Below, piece by piece: positions 32,038 through 42,479 of a stretch of DNA of 64,000 bases. A model generated the notes under the pieces. The model was not told where the DNA came from, did no database searches, and saw only the letters and a list, made by a program, of their open reading frames with translations. The position numbers were made by a program, and so were the translations under genes. This DNA comes from Chlamydiales bacterium (GTDB lineage: Bacteria; Chlamydiota; Chlamydiia; Chlamydiales; JAAZZY01): the NCBI GenBank assembly GCA_965206695.1, contig CBDBKM010000013.1, positions 64,001 through 128,000 of the forward strand, written 5' to 3'. How positions within the stretch are numbered: the first letter of the stretch is position 1; each line of letters opens with the position of its first letter.

Positions 32038-33360
32038 ATGATCGTAATGAAGTTTGGAGGCTCTTCCTTAAAAGATGCTCAGCGTATAAGGCATATAGCT
32101 GCATTAATCCAAAAAAATTTACATAAGCATCCTATTGTGGTGGTCTCTGCAATGGGATCCACTACCAACCTATTATTAGACGCCGGACAGTTAGCTTTAG
32201 AAGGAGCAGTCGACATCTCATCTATTATTGATTCACACCTAGAAGCTGCTAAGGACCTCGGTATTGAAACGACTCATTTAACAAAACTTTTCGAAGAATT
32301 ACATGATCTTATTTTGGGTATCCGATTACTAAAAGAATTATCATCTAAGACACAAGACCAACTCCTGTCTTTTGGTGAAAGATTGTCTATTCTTGTCCTT
32401 GCAGCTTACCTAAATCAGGTTAAAGTATCTTCCAAACCCATTCTGGCATTTGATGCCGGCATCATCACTACTTCCGACTTTACCGAAGCTGATATCTTAA
32501 AAGAGAGTGAACCACTTATAGTAAATGCCTTCAGTTCACTAAAACAAGATTACTGTTACACGCCTATTGTTACAGGATTTATCGGTAAAGATAAAAAGGG
32601 TAATCCTACCACTTTAGGAAGAGGAGGAAGTGACCTTACTGCCGCTATTATTGGTTCTTGCCTCAAAGTAGAAGAAATTCAAGTGTGGAAAGATGTTAAC
32701 GGCATTCTGACAACGGACCCAAGAATTGTACCGTCTGCAACACCTGTGCCAATCGTCTCTTTCGAAGAAGCTTCTGAGCTCGCATATTTCGGAGCCAAAG
32801 TTCTACATCCCAGAGCAATTTTGCCGGCAATGGGAAAAAATATTCCTGTAAGAGTAAAGAATTCCTATAACCCTGATCATCCGGGTACCGTCATTATCCG
32901 AAATGTGGAAAAACAAGATTCTCTAATCACTGCTATTACCCATAAATCTGATGTAACTCTTGTTGATATCGTTTCTACTCGTATGTTAGGACAACATGGT
33001 TTTCTGGCATCGGTCTTCATTGTTTTCAATTCATTGAAAATTTCTGTTGATGTCATCGCAACAAGTGAAGTTAGTATCTCTTTAACAATCGATAAATCAG
33101 AAAAAATCACCCACCTCAATAAAGAATTAGAAAAAATTGCTCACGTCAATATCCAGACAAATAAAGCTCTTATCAGTTTAATCGGAAATGTTGAACGTTC
33201 AACAGAAAGCTTAAAAATGGCTTTTGAACTATTTTATAAGAAAAAAATAGATATTGAAATGATATCGCATGGGGCTTCCAAAGTAAATATCAGCTTTATA
33301 ATAGAACAAACCCATTTAGAAAAAACGATCCGAGATCTTCATCAATTATTTTTTAATTAA
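32038..33360 (+). CDS. lysC: Aspartate kinase
   Basis: MKFGGSS, TLGRGGSD, DPRIV, ACT domains. Confidence 0.96.
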   Translation: MIVMKFGGSSLKDAQRIRHIAALIQKNLHKHPIVVVSAMGSTTNLLLDAGQLALEGAVDISSIIDSHLEAAKDLGIETTHLTKLFEELHDLILGIRLLKELSSKTQDQLLSFGERLSILVLAAYLNQVKVSSKPILAFDAGIITTSDFTEADILKESEPLIVNAFSSLKQDYCYTPIVTGFIGKDKKGNPTTLGRGGSDLTAAIIGSCLKVEEIQVWKDVNGILTTDPRIVPSATPVPIVSFEEASELAYFGAKVLHPRAILPAMGKNIPVRVKNSYNPDHPGTVIIRNVEKQDSLITAITHKSDVTLVDIVSTRMLGQHGFLASVFIVFNSLKISVDVIATSEVSISLTIDKSEKITHLNKELEKIAHVNIQTNKALISLIGNVERSTESLKMAFELFYKKKIDIEMISHGASKVNISFIIEQTHLEKTIRDLHQLFFN

Positions 33361-33369
33361 GGGGCACAC

Positions 33370-34134
33370 ATGAAATTAGCACTGCTAGGCTATGGTCAAA
33401 TGGGACAAATGATCGAAGAAGTTGCTTTAAAAAGAAAACATACTATCATCGCAGCTGTTGATATGCATAACCCCAATGCCTCACATAAACAAATTTCCGA
33501 AGAAATTATTAAAGATGCTGATGTATGTATTGATTTCACTCTTCCTGATTCTATTATCGGCAACATAAAAAAAGCGGCTGATTTTGGTAAAAATATTGTG
33601 GTTGGAACAACCGGCTGGTATGATCAAATCGATGAAGTTAAAGCGTACATCGAAAAGAAACAGACGGGTTTAATCTACGCGCCTAACTTTTCTTTGGGTG
33701 TACATATCTTTTGCAGAATTTTAGAGTACGGAGCTAAATTGTTTAACTTCTTTGAAGAATATGATGTCGCCGGAATTGAATATCATCATTCGCAAAAGGC
33801 GGAAAGCCCATCAGGCACAGCAAGAGCCTTAGCGGATATTATTACCACTTCCATTGATAGAAAGACACAACCTATTTTTGATAAAGTTGATCGCAAAATT
33901 AATGAAAATGAATTACACTTTTCAACTATTCGATGTGGTCACATGCCCGGTACTCATACCATCCAATTTGATTCAGAATCCGATACTATTACGTTGAGTC
34001 ATCAAGCCAGAAACCGCAAAGGTTTTGCTTTGGGTGCTGTTTATGCCGCTGAATGGATTATGGGTAAACACGGCTTCTATGACCTAAGTTCACTTATTGA
34101 ATACTTAACAGAACAAATGGGAGATCTTAAATGA
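33370..34134 (+). CDS. dapB: 4-hydroxy-tetrahydrodipicolinate reductase
   Basis: GTTG, EYHHSQKAESPSGTA, GFALGA. Confidence 0.96.
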   Translation: MKLALLGYGQMGQMIEEVALKRKHTIIAAVDMHNPNASHKQISEEIIKDADVCIDFTLPDSIIGNIKKAADFGKNIVVGTTGWYDQIDEVKAYIEKKQTGLIYAPNFSLGVHIFCRILEYGAKLFNFFEEYDVAGIEYHHSQKAESPSGTARALADIITTSIDRKTQPIFDKVDRKINENELHFSTIRCGHMPGTHTIQFDSESDTITLSHQARNRKGFALGAVYAAEWIMGKHGFYDLSSLIEYLTEQMGDLK

Positions 34135-35018
34135 AGTTATCGGGAGTACATACCGCATTAATCACCCCATTCAATGAAGATGAATCTGTCAGTTATGAGG
34201 GGCTAAAACAAAATATTTTATATCAGATTAATAGCGGGGTTGAAGGGATCTTAGCTCTTGGCACGACAGGAGAGAGCCCTACCTTAACTGATGAAGAAAA
34301 AGAAAATATTATTAAAGCTTCAGTTGAAATTGCTAAAGATAAAGTTCATATCATGGTAGGAACGGGAACAAACTCTACTGCTACTACGATTAAAAACACT
34401 CAAACGGCTCAATCTTTAAATGCTGATAGTGCACTTGTCGTCACTCCCTACTATAATAAACCGTCGCAAGAAGGAATTTATCGCCATTTCAAAAGTGTTA
34501 TAGACAATACCGATATACCTATCATGATTTATAACATTCCCGGCAGATGTGTAAAAAATATTGAAACTGAGACATTACAACGAATAGCTCAACTACCTCG
34601 AGTCCTTGGCGTAAAAGAAGCTTCCGGCATCATGGAACAAATCAGTGATGTTGTAATGCAAATTTCTCTTAATCAACCTGACTTTAGTCTTATGAGCGGT
34701 GATGATGCCTTAACACTCCCTGTCATGTCACTAGGTGGTAATGGTGTTATCTCAGTTGTGAGTAATTTAGTTCCAAGTCAACTTATCGCCCTTATAAAGG
34801 CCGTAGAGGCATCAAACCTTAAAGAAGCTCAAAGCCATTACCGCTACCTTGAACCGATCTTTAAAGCTGCTTTTATAGATTCAAATCCTCAACCGATCAA
34901 AGCTGCCATGCAAATGTGTTCAATGCCTTCAGGACCTTGTCGATCGCCTTTATGTGATTTGTCACCAAATAATTTGGAATATATCGAAGACACGTTAAAA
35001 CAAATGAAGCTTATCTAA
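34131..35018 (+). CDS. dapA: 4-hydroxy-tetrahydrodipicolinate synthase
   Basis: GTTGE, TPYYNKP, YNIPGR, GVKEA. Confidence 0.97.
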   Translation: MKLSGVHTALITPFNEDESVSYEGLKQNILYQINSGVEGILALGTTGESPTLTDEEKENIIKASVEIAKDKVHIMVGTGTNSTATTIKNTQTAQSLNADSALVVTPYYNKPSQEGIYRHFKSVIDNTDIPIMIYNIPGRCVKNIETETLQRIAQLPRVLGVKEASGIMEQISDVVMQISLNQPDFSLMSGDDALTLPVMSLGGNGVISVVSNLVPSQLIALIKAVEASNLKEAQSHYRYLEPIFKAAFIDSNPQPIKAAMQMCSMPSGPCRSPLCDLSPNNLEYIEDTLKQMKLI

Positions 35019-35034
35019 AGAAATTAAGGAAGAG

Positions 35035-36111
35035 ATGATGAAAAGGATAAGAGTAGGTATTTTAGGAGCGACCGGAATGGTAGGCCAAAATTATATTTCA
35101 TTACTTCAAAATCACCCGTGGTTTGATGTCTCATTTTTAGCAGCATCGAAAAATTCTAGCGGTATGCCTTATTATGAAGCGGTAAACAATCGTTGGCGTA
35201 TGGAAAAACCTATTCCTGATACCATCAAAGATTTACCGGTTCATGATTTAGAATCTGTAGCAACGGCTAAAGCGAATTGTCAAATGGTCTTTTCTGCCTT
35301 AGGAGGAGAAAAAATCGATTGGCATGAAGAAAATTATGCTAAACATGATCTGCCTGTTATAAGCAATGCCTCAGCTCATAGAATGACAAGCGATGTCCCT
35401 CTTATTATCCCGGAAGTGAATCATCATCACCTTGACATAATACCCTTCCAACAAAAAAATAGAGGTTGGAATAAAGGTTTTATTGTCGTAAAACCAAATT
35501 GCTCGCTTCAATGTTATATGATCCCCCTTTATCCGCTACACCAAAAGTTTATCATTGAGAAGGTTATCATAACCACTATGCAAGCTATAAGTGGCGCCGG
35601 CTATCCGGGAGTGTCTTCTTTAGATATACTAGACAATGTAATTCCCTATATACCCGGTGAAGAAGAAAAAAGTGAGAAAGAGCTTCAGAAGATTTTAGGT
35701 TCCATTGACTCCAATCAATTCATTCCCTATCTCGATATTGATATATCTACCCACTGCAATCGAGTACCTGTCATCGATGGTCACCTAGCCTGTATTTCGG
35801 TGAAATTTAAACAAAAACCTTATCTAGATGAAATTCTTGATATTTGGCAAGCTTTTATAGGCCTTCCACAAGAGTTAAAGCTTCCTATGGCACCTAAACA
35901 TCCGGTTACCTATTCTCCCGAAGTTAATCGACCTCAACCGCGCTTGGATAGAGATAATGATAAAGGGATGGCAATCACAGTAGGTAGATTGCGCACTTGC
36001 CCTGTTTTCGACTTCCGTTTTGTAGGACTTGCCCATAATACTATTCGAGGGGCTGCGGGTGGCGGAATATTAAATGCTGAACTGCTCGTTGCAAAACACT
36101 ACATTAAATAG
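35035..36111 (+). CDS. asd: Aspartate-semialdehyde dehydrogenase (archaeal/eukaryote-like type)
   Basis: GATGMVGQ, PNCS, QAISGAGYPG, HNTIRGAAG. Confidence 0.96.
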   Translation: MMKRIRVGILGATGMVGQNYISLLQNHPWFDVSFLAASKNSSGMPYYEAVNNRWRMEKPIPDTIKDLPVHDLESVATAKANCQMVFSALGGEKIDWHEENYAKHDLPVISNASAHRMTSDVPLIIPEVNHHHLDIIPFQQKNRGWNKGFIVVKPNCSLQCYMIPLYPLHQKFIIEKVIITTMQAISGAGYPGVSSLDILDNVIPYIPGEEEKSEKELQKILGSIDSNQFIPYLDIDISTHCNRVPVIDGHLACISVKFKQKPYLDEILDIWQAFIGLPQELKLPMAPKHPVTYSPEVNRPQPRLDRDNDKGMAITVGRLRTCPVFDFRFVGLAHNTIRGAAGGGILNAELLVAKHYIK

Positions 36112-36120
36112 GCTTCAATT

Positions 36121-37407
36121 ATGACAGTATGGAAATCCGTTCAAGAACTTCAAAATAAAAATGGCATCCTCTATTTTGATGGTTGTAATGTTTTGGATTT
36201 AGCAAATGATTACTCAACTCCCCTGTATGTTTACAGCAAAAATAGAATCAGAAAAAATTACCAACGCCTTTTCAAGGCTTACAAGAAGTATTATCCAAAA
36301 TTCGAAATCTACTATGCTGTTAAATGTAATAATAATCCTGCCATTGTCAATATCTTAGCTACTGAAGGAGCCGGAGCTGATAGCTCTTGTCCGGAAGAAA
36401 TTGAAATAGCAAAATTATCTCATATAAATGAGAAAAAAATTCTATATTCCGGCGTCTATAATTCAGATAAAGATTTGCAATATGCAGTTGATATGTCTGC
36501 CGGACTTAATTTAGAAGATATTAGTCAACTTGAAAGATTAGCTCAACTCAAGATCCCTGAATTTTTATGTTTTAGAATCAACCCCGGGATGGGACATTCC
36601 GGTACTGAAGGTCTTATTTTCGCAGGTCCCGATGCTAAGTTTGGTATTAGTGAAAAAGATGTAAAAAAAGCTTATAAAATAGCTAAGTCCTACGGAGTAA
36701 AAAAATTCGGCATTCATATGATGACCGGTTCTAATATTTTAGCTCCTGATTATTTTGAAGCGGTCGTTGGTAAGCTCTTAGATATCGCGGGCCCCGTTTC
36801 TCAAGAATTGGGCATTACTTTTGAGTTTATTGATATTGGAGGATCTTTAGGTATTCCTTATTTGCCTGAAGAAAAAGAACTGGACATTGACGCTGTAGCA
36901 TCTTCTGTCGTTAAAATTTTAAAAGAAAAACTCAAACAATATAGCATGGGTGAGCCGACCTTGATTCATGAACCCGGAAGATACTTGTTAGGAGATGCCG
37001 GTATGCTCCTTACAACAGTCTCTTCTATCAAAGAAGCAGAAAAAACATTTATTGGTGTTGATGCAGGCATGAACACACTTTTAAGACCTGCATTGTATGA
37101 CGCATACCATCACATTCTTTATGCAAATGATTTAAATGCCTCTTCTGATAAACTTTTCAATGTCGTTGGTCCTATTTGTGAAAATACGGATCAATTTGCT
37201 AAAGAAAGGTTGCTTCCAAATGAAATTAAAGCGGGCGATGTGCTGGCCTTTTTAAATACCGGAGCCTACGGCTTTTGCATGAGTTCTCAATATAACTCCA
37301 AGCCTCAATGCGCCGAAATACTTGTAAACAATGGACATGCCGTCCTCATCAGAAAGCCGCAAACTTTCCAAGACCTTATTAAAGGAACCTACATTCCCGG
37401 TACATAA
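36121..37407 (+). CDS. lysA: Diaminopimelate decarboxylase
   Basis: YAVKCN, KFG, EPGRY, RPALY, GPICENTD, GAYG. Confidence 0.95.
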   Translation: MTVWKSVQELQNKNGILYFDGCNVLDLANDYSTPLYVYSKNRIRKNYQRLFKAYKKYYPKFEIYYAVKCNNNPAIVNILATEGAGADSSCPEEIEIAKLSHINEKKILYSGVYNSDKDLQYAVDMSAGLNLEDISQLERLAQLKIPEFLCFRINPGMGHSGTEGLIFAGPDAKFGISEKDVKKAYKIAKSYGVKKFGIHMMTGSNILAPDYFEAVVGKLLDIAGPVSQELGITFEFIDIGGSLGIPYLPEEKELDIDAVASSVVKILKEKLKQYSMGEPTLIHEPGRYLLGDAGMLLTTVSSIKEAEKTFIGVDAGMNTLLRPALYDAYHHILYANDLNASSDKLFNVVGPICENTDQFAKERLLPNEIKAGDVLAFLNTGAYGFCMSSQYNSKPQCAEILVNNGHAVLIRKPQTFQDLIKGTYIPGT

Positions 37408-37424
37408 GAAATAAAATAATAATT

Positions 37425-38636
37425 ATGGTTCAAAGAAATAAAAACATCGCGAAGTTATCTCAAGGATACTTATTTCCCGAAATTGCAAAAAGAAAAGCTC
37501 TTTTTGTAAAAGAAAACCCCCATGCAACAATCATTAGTTTAGGTATAGGTGATACGACAGAACCCATTCCTCATTATATCAGTCAACGTTTGCAAGATGC
37601 GGCAAAATCTTTAGGAACCTTAGAAGGCTATAGTGGTTATGGTTTAGAGCAAGGTTTTAAACCCCTTCGAAAAAGTATTGCAAATGTGTTCTATCATAAT
37701 CGTGTTGATATTGATGAGATTTTTATTAATGATGGAGCCAAATGTGATTTAGGACGTCTTCAAGCTTTTTTTGGATCAGAGGTGCGCGTTGCAATTCAGG
37801 ATCCTGCCTACCCTGTTTATGTAGACGGTAGTGTCATTGCAGCGCAAACAGGTCATTATAATCCCAAACTTTCTCATTACCATAATATTACTTATATGCC
37901 CTGTACACCGGAAAATGGCTTCTTTCCTGACTTAAGCACATTACCTGCTGCCGATCTGATCTATTTCTGTTCACCGAACAACCCGACCGGAGTGGTAGCT
38001 ACAAAGGAACAATTAAAAAAACTCGTTGATTTTGCTATTGCCAACGATTCCTTTATCATTTTCGATGCTGCGTACGCTTCCTACATTCAAGATCCGGAAC
38101 TACCTCGTTCTATCTATGAAGTAGAAGGGGCTAAAACGGTTGCTATAGAAGTTAATTCCTTTTCTAAAATGGCAGGCTTTACAGGTGTTCGGCTTGGCTG
38201 GACTGTGATACCAAATGAGCTCTGTTTTCAAACCGGAGAGTCGGTAAAAAAAGATTGGATTCGTTATATAACCACTATTTTTAATGGGGCTTCCAATATC
38301 ATCCAAGCAGGAGGCATTGCTTGTTTAGAAGATGAGGGAATGAAGGAAATTAAATCTTTAATCTCTTTCTATATGGAAAATGCAAACATTTTAAAAAATA
38401 CGTTGGATGGATTGGGATATAAAACTTTTTCAGGTAGCAATACCCCCTATATTTGGGCTGATTTAGGAAGCGGTAATTCCTGGGAATCCTTCGACCTTCT
38501 ACTAAATAAAGCTCATATCATTTCAACTCCGGGATCAGGATTTGGGCCTAGCGGGGAAGGATTTATTCGCTTAAGTGCTTTTGGCCACCGAAATCATATC
38601 GAAGAAGCAGCTAAAAGGCTCGATGAACACCTCTAA
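37425..38636 (+). CDS. dapL: LL-diaminopimelate aminotransferase
   Basis: GYLFPEI, LGIGDTT, CSPNNPTG, SFSKMAGFTGVRLGW. Confidence 0.96.
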   Translation: MVQRNKNIAKLSQGYLFPEIAKRKALFVKENPHATIISLGIGDTTEPIPHYISQRLQDAAKSLGTLEGYSGYGLEQGFKPLRKSIANVFYHNRVDIDEIFINDGAKCDLGRLQAFFGSEVRVAIQDPAYPVYVDGSVIAAQTGHYNPKLSHYHNITYMPCTPENGFFPDLSTLPAADLIYFCSPNNPTGVVATKEQLKKLVDFAIANDSFIIFDAAYASYIQDPELPRSIYEVEGAKTVAIEVNSFSKMAGFTGVRLGWTVIPNELCFQTGESVKKDWIRYITTIFNGASNIIQAGGIACLEDEGMKEIKSLISFYMENANILKNTLDGLGYKTFSGSNTPYIWADLGSGNSWESFDLLLNKAHIISTPGSGFGPSGEGFIRLSAFGHRNHIEEAAKRLDEHL

Positions 38637-38637
38637 A

Positions 38638-38784
38638 TTATTCGAAGAAGCCTTTAACTTCGTAGAAGTTTTTGTCTTCTACATATAGCTTCTTTTGATC
38701 TTTATTCTTGCGCCTTTTTCTAAGTCGTTGTTTCATTTTTTGATACCCTTTCTTGATTTGCTCTAGTTTCCATCGTTTTTTCAT
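38638..38784 (-). CDS. Small basic hypothetical protein (48 aa)
   Basis: MKKRWKLEQIKKGYQKMKQRLRKRRKNKDQKKLYVEDKNFYEVKGFFE; AAAGAG upstream; below ORF-track cutoff. Confidence 0.45.
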   Translation of the reverse strand: MKKRWKLEQIKKGYQKMKQRLRKRRKNKDQKKLYVEDKNFYEVKGFFE

Positions 38785-39569
38785 TATTTAACTCTTTAAA
38801 AGACAATATTTAGGCTATTCCTAATAATTATAAAATATAAACTTCTGTTGCACCATTTTATTTAAATAAAATACTTGATATTTAAAGTAAATTTTAAAAA
38901 ATTAATAAAAAAAAACTGTATTATGAAATTCCAAACCTTTGCCTTCATCTTTCTATCCCCTCGCTTTGATGAAAAATCAAAGTCGATTACAATAAGGAAA
39001 AAATGGATATCGATACTATCGTGAATTAAATTTTGTTTTTCATTATGATGATGTATCATGCACGAATGACTTATCTTACTTGATTTAAGAAAAAAAACCT
39101 TTTTTGTAAGTTTCCGTAAAAAACCTAAAATTTGATCCTTACAATCATTAAATTGTTCATAATCAGGAGTTTCGCGCTACAGAAATGCGTTATTAAAATA
39201 ATTTTTTAAGGAACATCGATTAATATGATTTTTTTAGAGAGCCGGGCTTAGAAAAGAAGGATTTGGTACTTAACAAGATTTTCTTGGCCAAATATTAGAC
39301 TTCTTTCGAAATGCATCATATGAGTTCCAAATGATAGATTCCCGCAATAAGGTTGAATGAGACTCTCAAATGCCTTCTAATCAATAACCTTATTTATTTC
39401 ATTCAAAAACTTTTCCGATCTCAGTGTTTTTTTACGTATAGAAAAAGATAGACGACTTAATAGACATGGTTAAATTCCTTTAAAAAAAAGATTTTAACCT
39501 ACCAAACTATTTTTAAACACTTAATTCAGATGGTCCTTAAAACTCCTTTAATTAATAATTTTTTTTAAA

Positions 39570-39875
39570 GTTAAATGTCGGTAAGACAACCATCTGCTTA
39601 AGTATTATTAGCGGTCTAAAAAAATGCTATAACACAGTCGGATTTATCAAACCTATTGGACAACGACATGAAAGACTTCCCGATGGCCGGCATGTCGATA
39701 AAGATGCTGTGCTCTTCAAAGAACACTTTAAACTTTTAAGTGACTATAAAGATATGAACCCGATTCTGTTTCCTTAGGGTTTTACTAAAAACTACTTGGA
39801 TTATAATGGTACAAAAGAAGAATACGATGATCGTAAATTCACCCAATCCATTCAACACTCTTTTGATAAAATCTA
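39570..39875 (+). pseudogene. BioD-like/Pta N-terminal AAA-family ATPase fragment
   Basis: NVGKTTICLSIISGLKK...VGFIKPIGQRH...VDKDAVLFKEHF; internal stop; bounded by IS remnants. Confidence 0.75.
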
Positions 39876-40260
39876 TGAAGACTGCACGGATGCAGTCGAC
39901 TCGCGAGGTGACGGTGGCGAAGCAGAGGAACGAAAAGCGCGTTAATTATTGACGGCGGTGGTGCTTGGACGGTATACTAGTTGATTAAAATAAAGAGTTT
40001 ATGATGAAAGCTGTCAAGTTAAGATTCTATCCAATCCTCAAACAAAGAAGGCAATTGGCCTATGAGTTTGGTTGTTCTAAATTTGTATATAACCGGGCTT
40101 TAAACCGAAGAAGCACCTTAATACAAAGAAGAGAAAAAATCGATTAATTAGATTGGTCTTAGTAGAGAGTTAACACAACTAAAAAAAGAGAAGCTATTCT
40201 TAAAAAATGTATCTACTACAAATTTGTGTAATACCCTTAAGGCTTTGAAAAGATGGAAAA
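39876..40260 (+). mobile_element. tnpB: TnpB-only element remnant (leader + tnpB 5' part)
   Basis: Homologous to 7740-8115; MMKAVKLRFYP from 40001, frameshifted and truncated. Confidence 0.8.
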
Positions 40261-40378
40261 CGGTATCATTTTAACAGGCAAAGATCCGTAATGAAGATAC
40301 TCACAAGGTAAAAAAAGCCATTAGCCTTGTAGAAGATAATATTGATTATGACCGGTTATGTCATTAGGAGAAATTTTT

Positions 40379-41488
40379 ATGTCACCATCATCTACCCTCT
40401 TATCAAAAGAGGCTGTAAAACAAAAAGTTGTTATTGCTATGTCCGGAGGTGTAGACTCTTCTGTTTGTGCCTCTTTAATGAAAAAAGCCGGGTATGAATG
40501 TGTTGGCATGACCATGCGTCTTTGGTCGGGAAAAGAGAAGAATACTGCTCAAAGTTGCTGTGGAGCAGAATCGCTAGATGATGCACGACTTGTAGCAGAC
40601 AATTTGGATATTCCCTATTATGCTATTAATTTTCAGAAGGATTTTTGGGAAAAAGTGATCAAAGTTTTTGCTGATGAATATTTTGCCGGCAGAACGCCAA
40701 GTCCTTGTATACTTTGTAATGAGAAGCTCAAATTTGATACCTTATATCAAAAAGCTATTGCTATTGGCGCTACTAAAGTCTGTACCGGCCACTATGCACG
40801 GGTTCTTTTTAATGAAAAGACAAAGCGTTGGAATTTATTAAAAGGGAAAGATCTAAAAAAGGATCAATCTTATTTTCTTTTTAGCATGACTCAAGATCAG
40901 CTATCAAAAACTCTTTTTCCTTTAGGATCGTATACTAAGAATCATATCCGACAGTTAGCTGCTGAAGACGGTTTAGTCACTGCTAATAAACCTGAGAGTA
41001 TGGATATTTGTTTCATTCCTAATGGGGATTATGCCGCATTCTTAAAAAAACACTTTCCCGATAGACTCCCTGAAGAGGGAAAGATCAAACATATCGATGG
41101 TACAAACTTAGGTAAGCATCAAGGAATCCATTCTGTAACAGTAGGTCAACGAAAAGGTCTGGGAATCGCTTTTGGAAAACCTCTTTATGTTACGGGTATT
41201 GATGCAGCGACAAAAGAAGTCACCGTAGCGGAAAGAGAGCATACATATAATACGGAATGTCTGATTAAGGGTATGAATTGGATTATGGAAGAACCCAATA
41301 TAGGTGATACTTATCACCTCCTTGTCAAAATACGAGCTAGAAGCGAGGCGGCACCCGGCACTATTACAGTTCTAACGGATAAAAAAGCTCGGATTGTTTT
41401 TGATCAACCCCAATATGCTATTGCTCCGGGACAAGCGGCTGTTATTTATGATAATGACTCTGTCTTTGCCGGCGGTTGGATAGAATAA
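40379..41488 (+). CDS. mnmA: tRNA 2-thiouridylase
   Basis: AMSGGVDSS, TPSPCILCN, TGHY, KDQSYFL, APGQ. Confidence 0.97.
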   Translation: MSPSSTLLSKEAVKQKVVIAMSGGVDSSVCASLMKKAGYECVGMTMRLWSGKEKNTAQSCCGAESLDDARLVADNLDIPYYAINFQKDFWEKVIKVFADEYFAGRTPSPCILCNEKLKFDTLYQKAIAIGATKVCTGHYARVLFNEKTKRWNLLKGKDLKKDQSYFLFSMTQDQLSKTLFPLGSYTKNHIRQLAAEDGLVTANKPESMDICFIPNGDYAAFLKKHFPDRLPEEGKIKHIDGTNLGKHQGIHSVTVGQRKGLGIAFGKPLYVTGIDAATKEVTVAEREHTYNTECLIKGMNWIMEEPNIGDTYHLLVKIRARSEAAPGTITVLTDKKARIVFDQPQYAIAPGQAAVIYDNDSVFAGGWIE

Positions 41489-42477
41489 AGCAGTTCGTTT
41501 GCTTGGCTCAAGATATCTTCCGTTTTAATGGTATTGATAGAAAAATCATTCTTATCTAAGTGATAATGATCCACTTTAGAAAAGGAGTGTAATACCTTAT
41601 TTATAGGGGTGTGAGAAACTCTGGAAATAGGTGTACAACCAAATAAGGTAATAGATGGTCGATTTAAAGCCCAAGCCATATGTGTGGGCCCTGTATCATT
41701 TCCAATAATGAGATCCATTTGAGCGATCAATGCTTTTAAAGCATTGAGGTCTAATCGAGGTAATACTTTGGCATCGGGGCTAGTAGCAGCTATCCATTCA
41801 GCGCATTTTTTCTCTTCTTCATTTCCCCAAAGCAAAAGACTGTTTTGTTTTAATTCATCTATGACATGGCAGAGCTTTTCCTTATCATAAATTCTAGAAC
41901 CCCAAGTCGCACCTAGAATAAAACAAATGTTTTTCTTATTTGAACTTATCATTTCTTGGAACTCAAAATGATCAATTCGATATCCTAAGAAAGGTTTTTT
42001 CTCAACTATCTCATCCGGTGAAATAGAAAAATTAAGACTACCGGCTACTAGATCACAATTTCGAGCGACAGTATTGAAATGATAAGGAATAGAATATCCT
42101 CGCTTATAAAAAAGCGATGAGAGTTTTTCTCTAGAGCTTTTTCGATCAAAGCCATGCGTCTGAGATCCGATTATCCGGGATACAATTGCTGATTTAATTA
42201 AACCTTGCAAGTCGATGATACAATCATAACCCTTTAGAAAGGACATTTTTAAAAATTCAGAATAGAGGAGCTTTATCGATTTTCTTTTTTTCAACTCTTT
42301 TAATCGAATAGGAATAACTTCATTGATATCTGAATTGTTCTTCAAAATATCTGAAAAAGCATCATCTGTTATCCAATCTATTATTGCATGAGGATATTGT
42401 TTTCTGGTAAACTGAAGCACGATCATACTTAGGATGATATCTCCTAAAGCGCTGAGTCTAACAATTGCAATTTTCAT
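41446..42477 (-). CDS. waaC: LPS heptosyltransferase I (GT9)
   Basis: MKIAIVRLSALGDI, DLQGLIKS, GNDTGPTH. Confidence 0.88.
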   Translation of the reverse strand: MKIAIVRLSALGDIILSMIVLQFTRKQYPHAIIDWITDDAFSDILKNNSDINEVIPIRLKELKKRKSIKLLYSEFLKMSFLKGYDCIIDLQGLIKSAIVSRIIGSQTHGFDRKSSREKLSSLFYKRGYSIPYHFNTVARNCDLVAGSLNFSISPDEIVEKKPFLGYRIDHFEFQEMISSNKKNICFILGATWGSRIYDKEKLCHVIDELKQNSLLLWGNEEEKKCAEWIAATSPDAKVLPRLDLNALKALIAQMDLIIGNDTGPTHMAWALNRPSITLFGCTPISRVSHTPINKVLHSFSKVDHYHLDKNDFSINTIKTEDILSQANELLYSIQPPAKTESLS

Positions 42478-42479
42478 AA

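Noticed and set aside
38862..39059. 65-aa minus-strand ORF
   Set aside because: AT-rich, low complexity, no RBS or motif.
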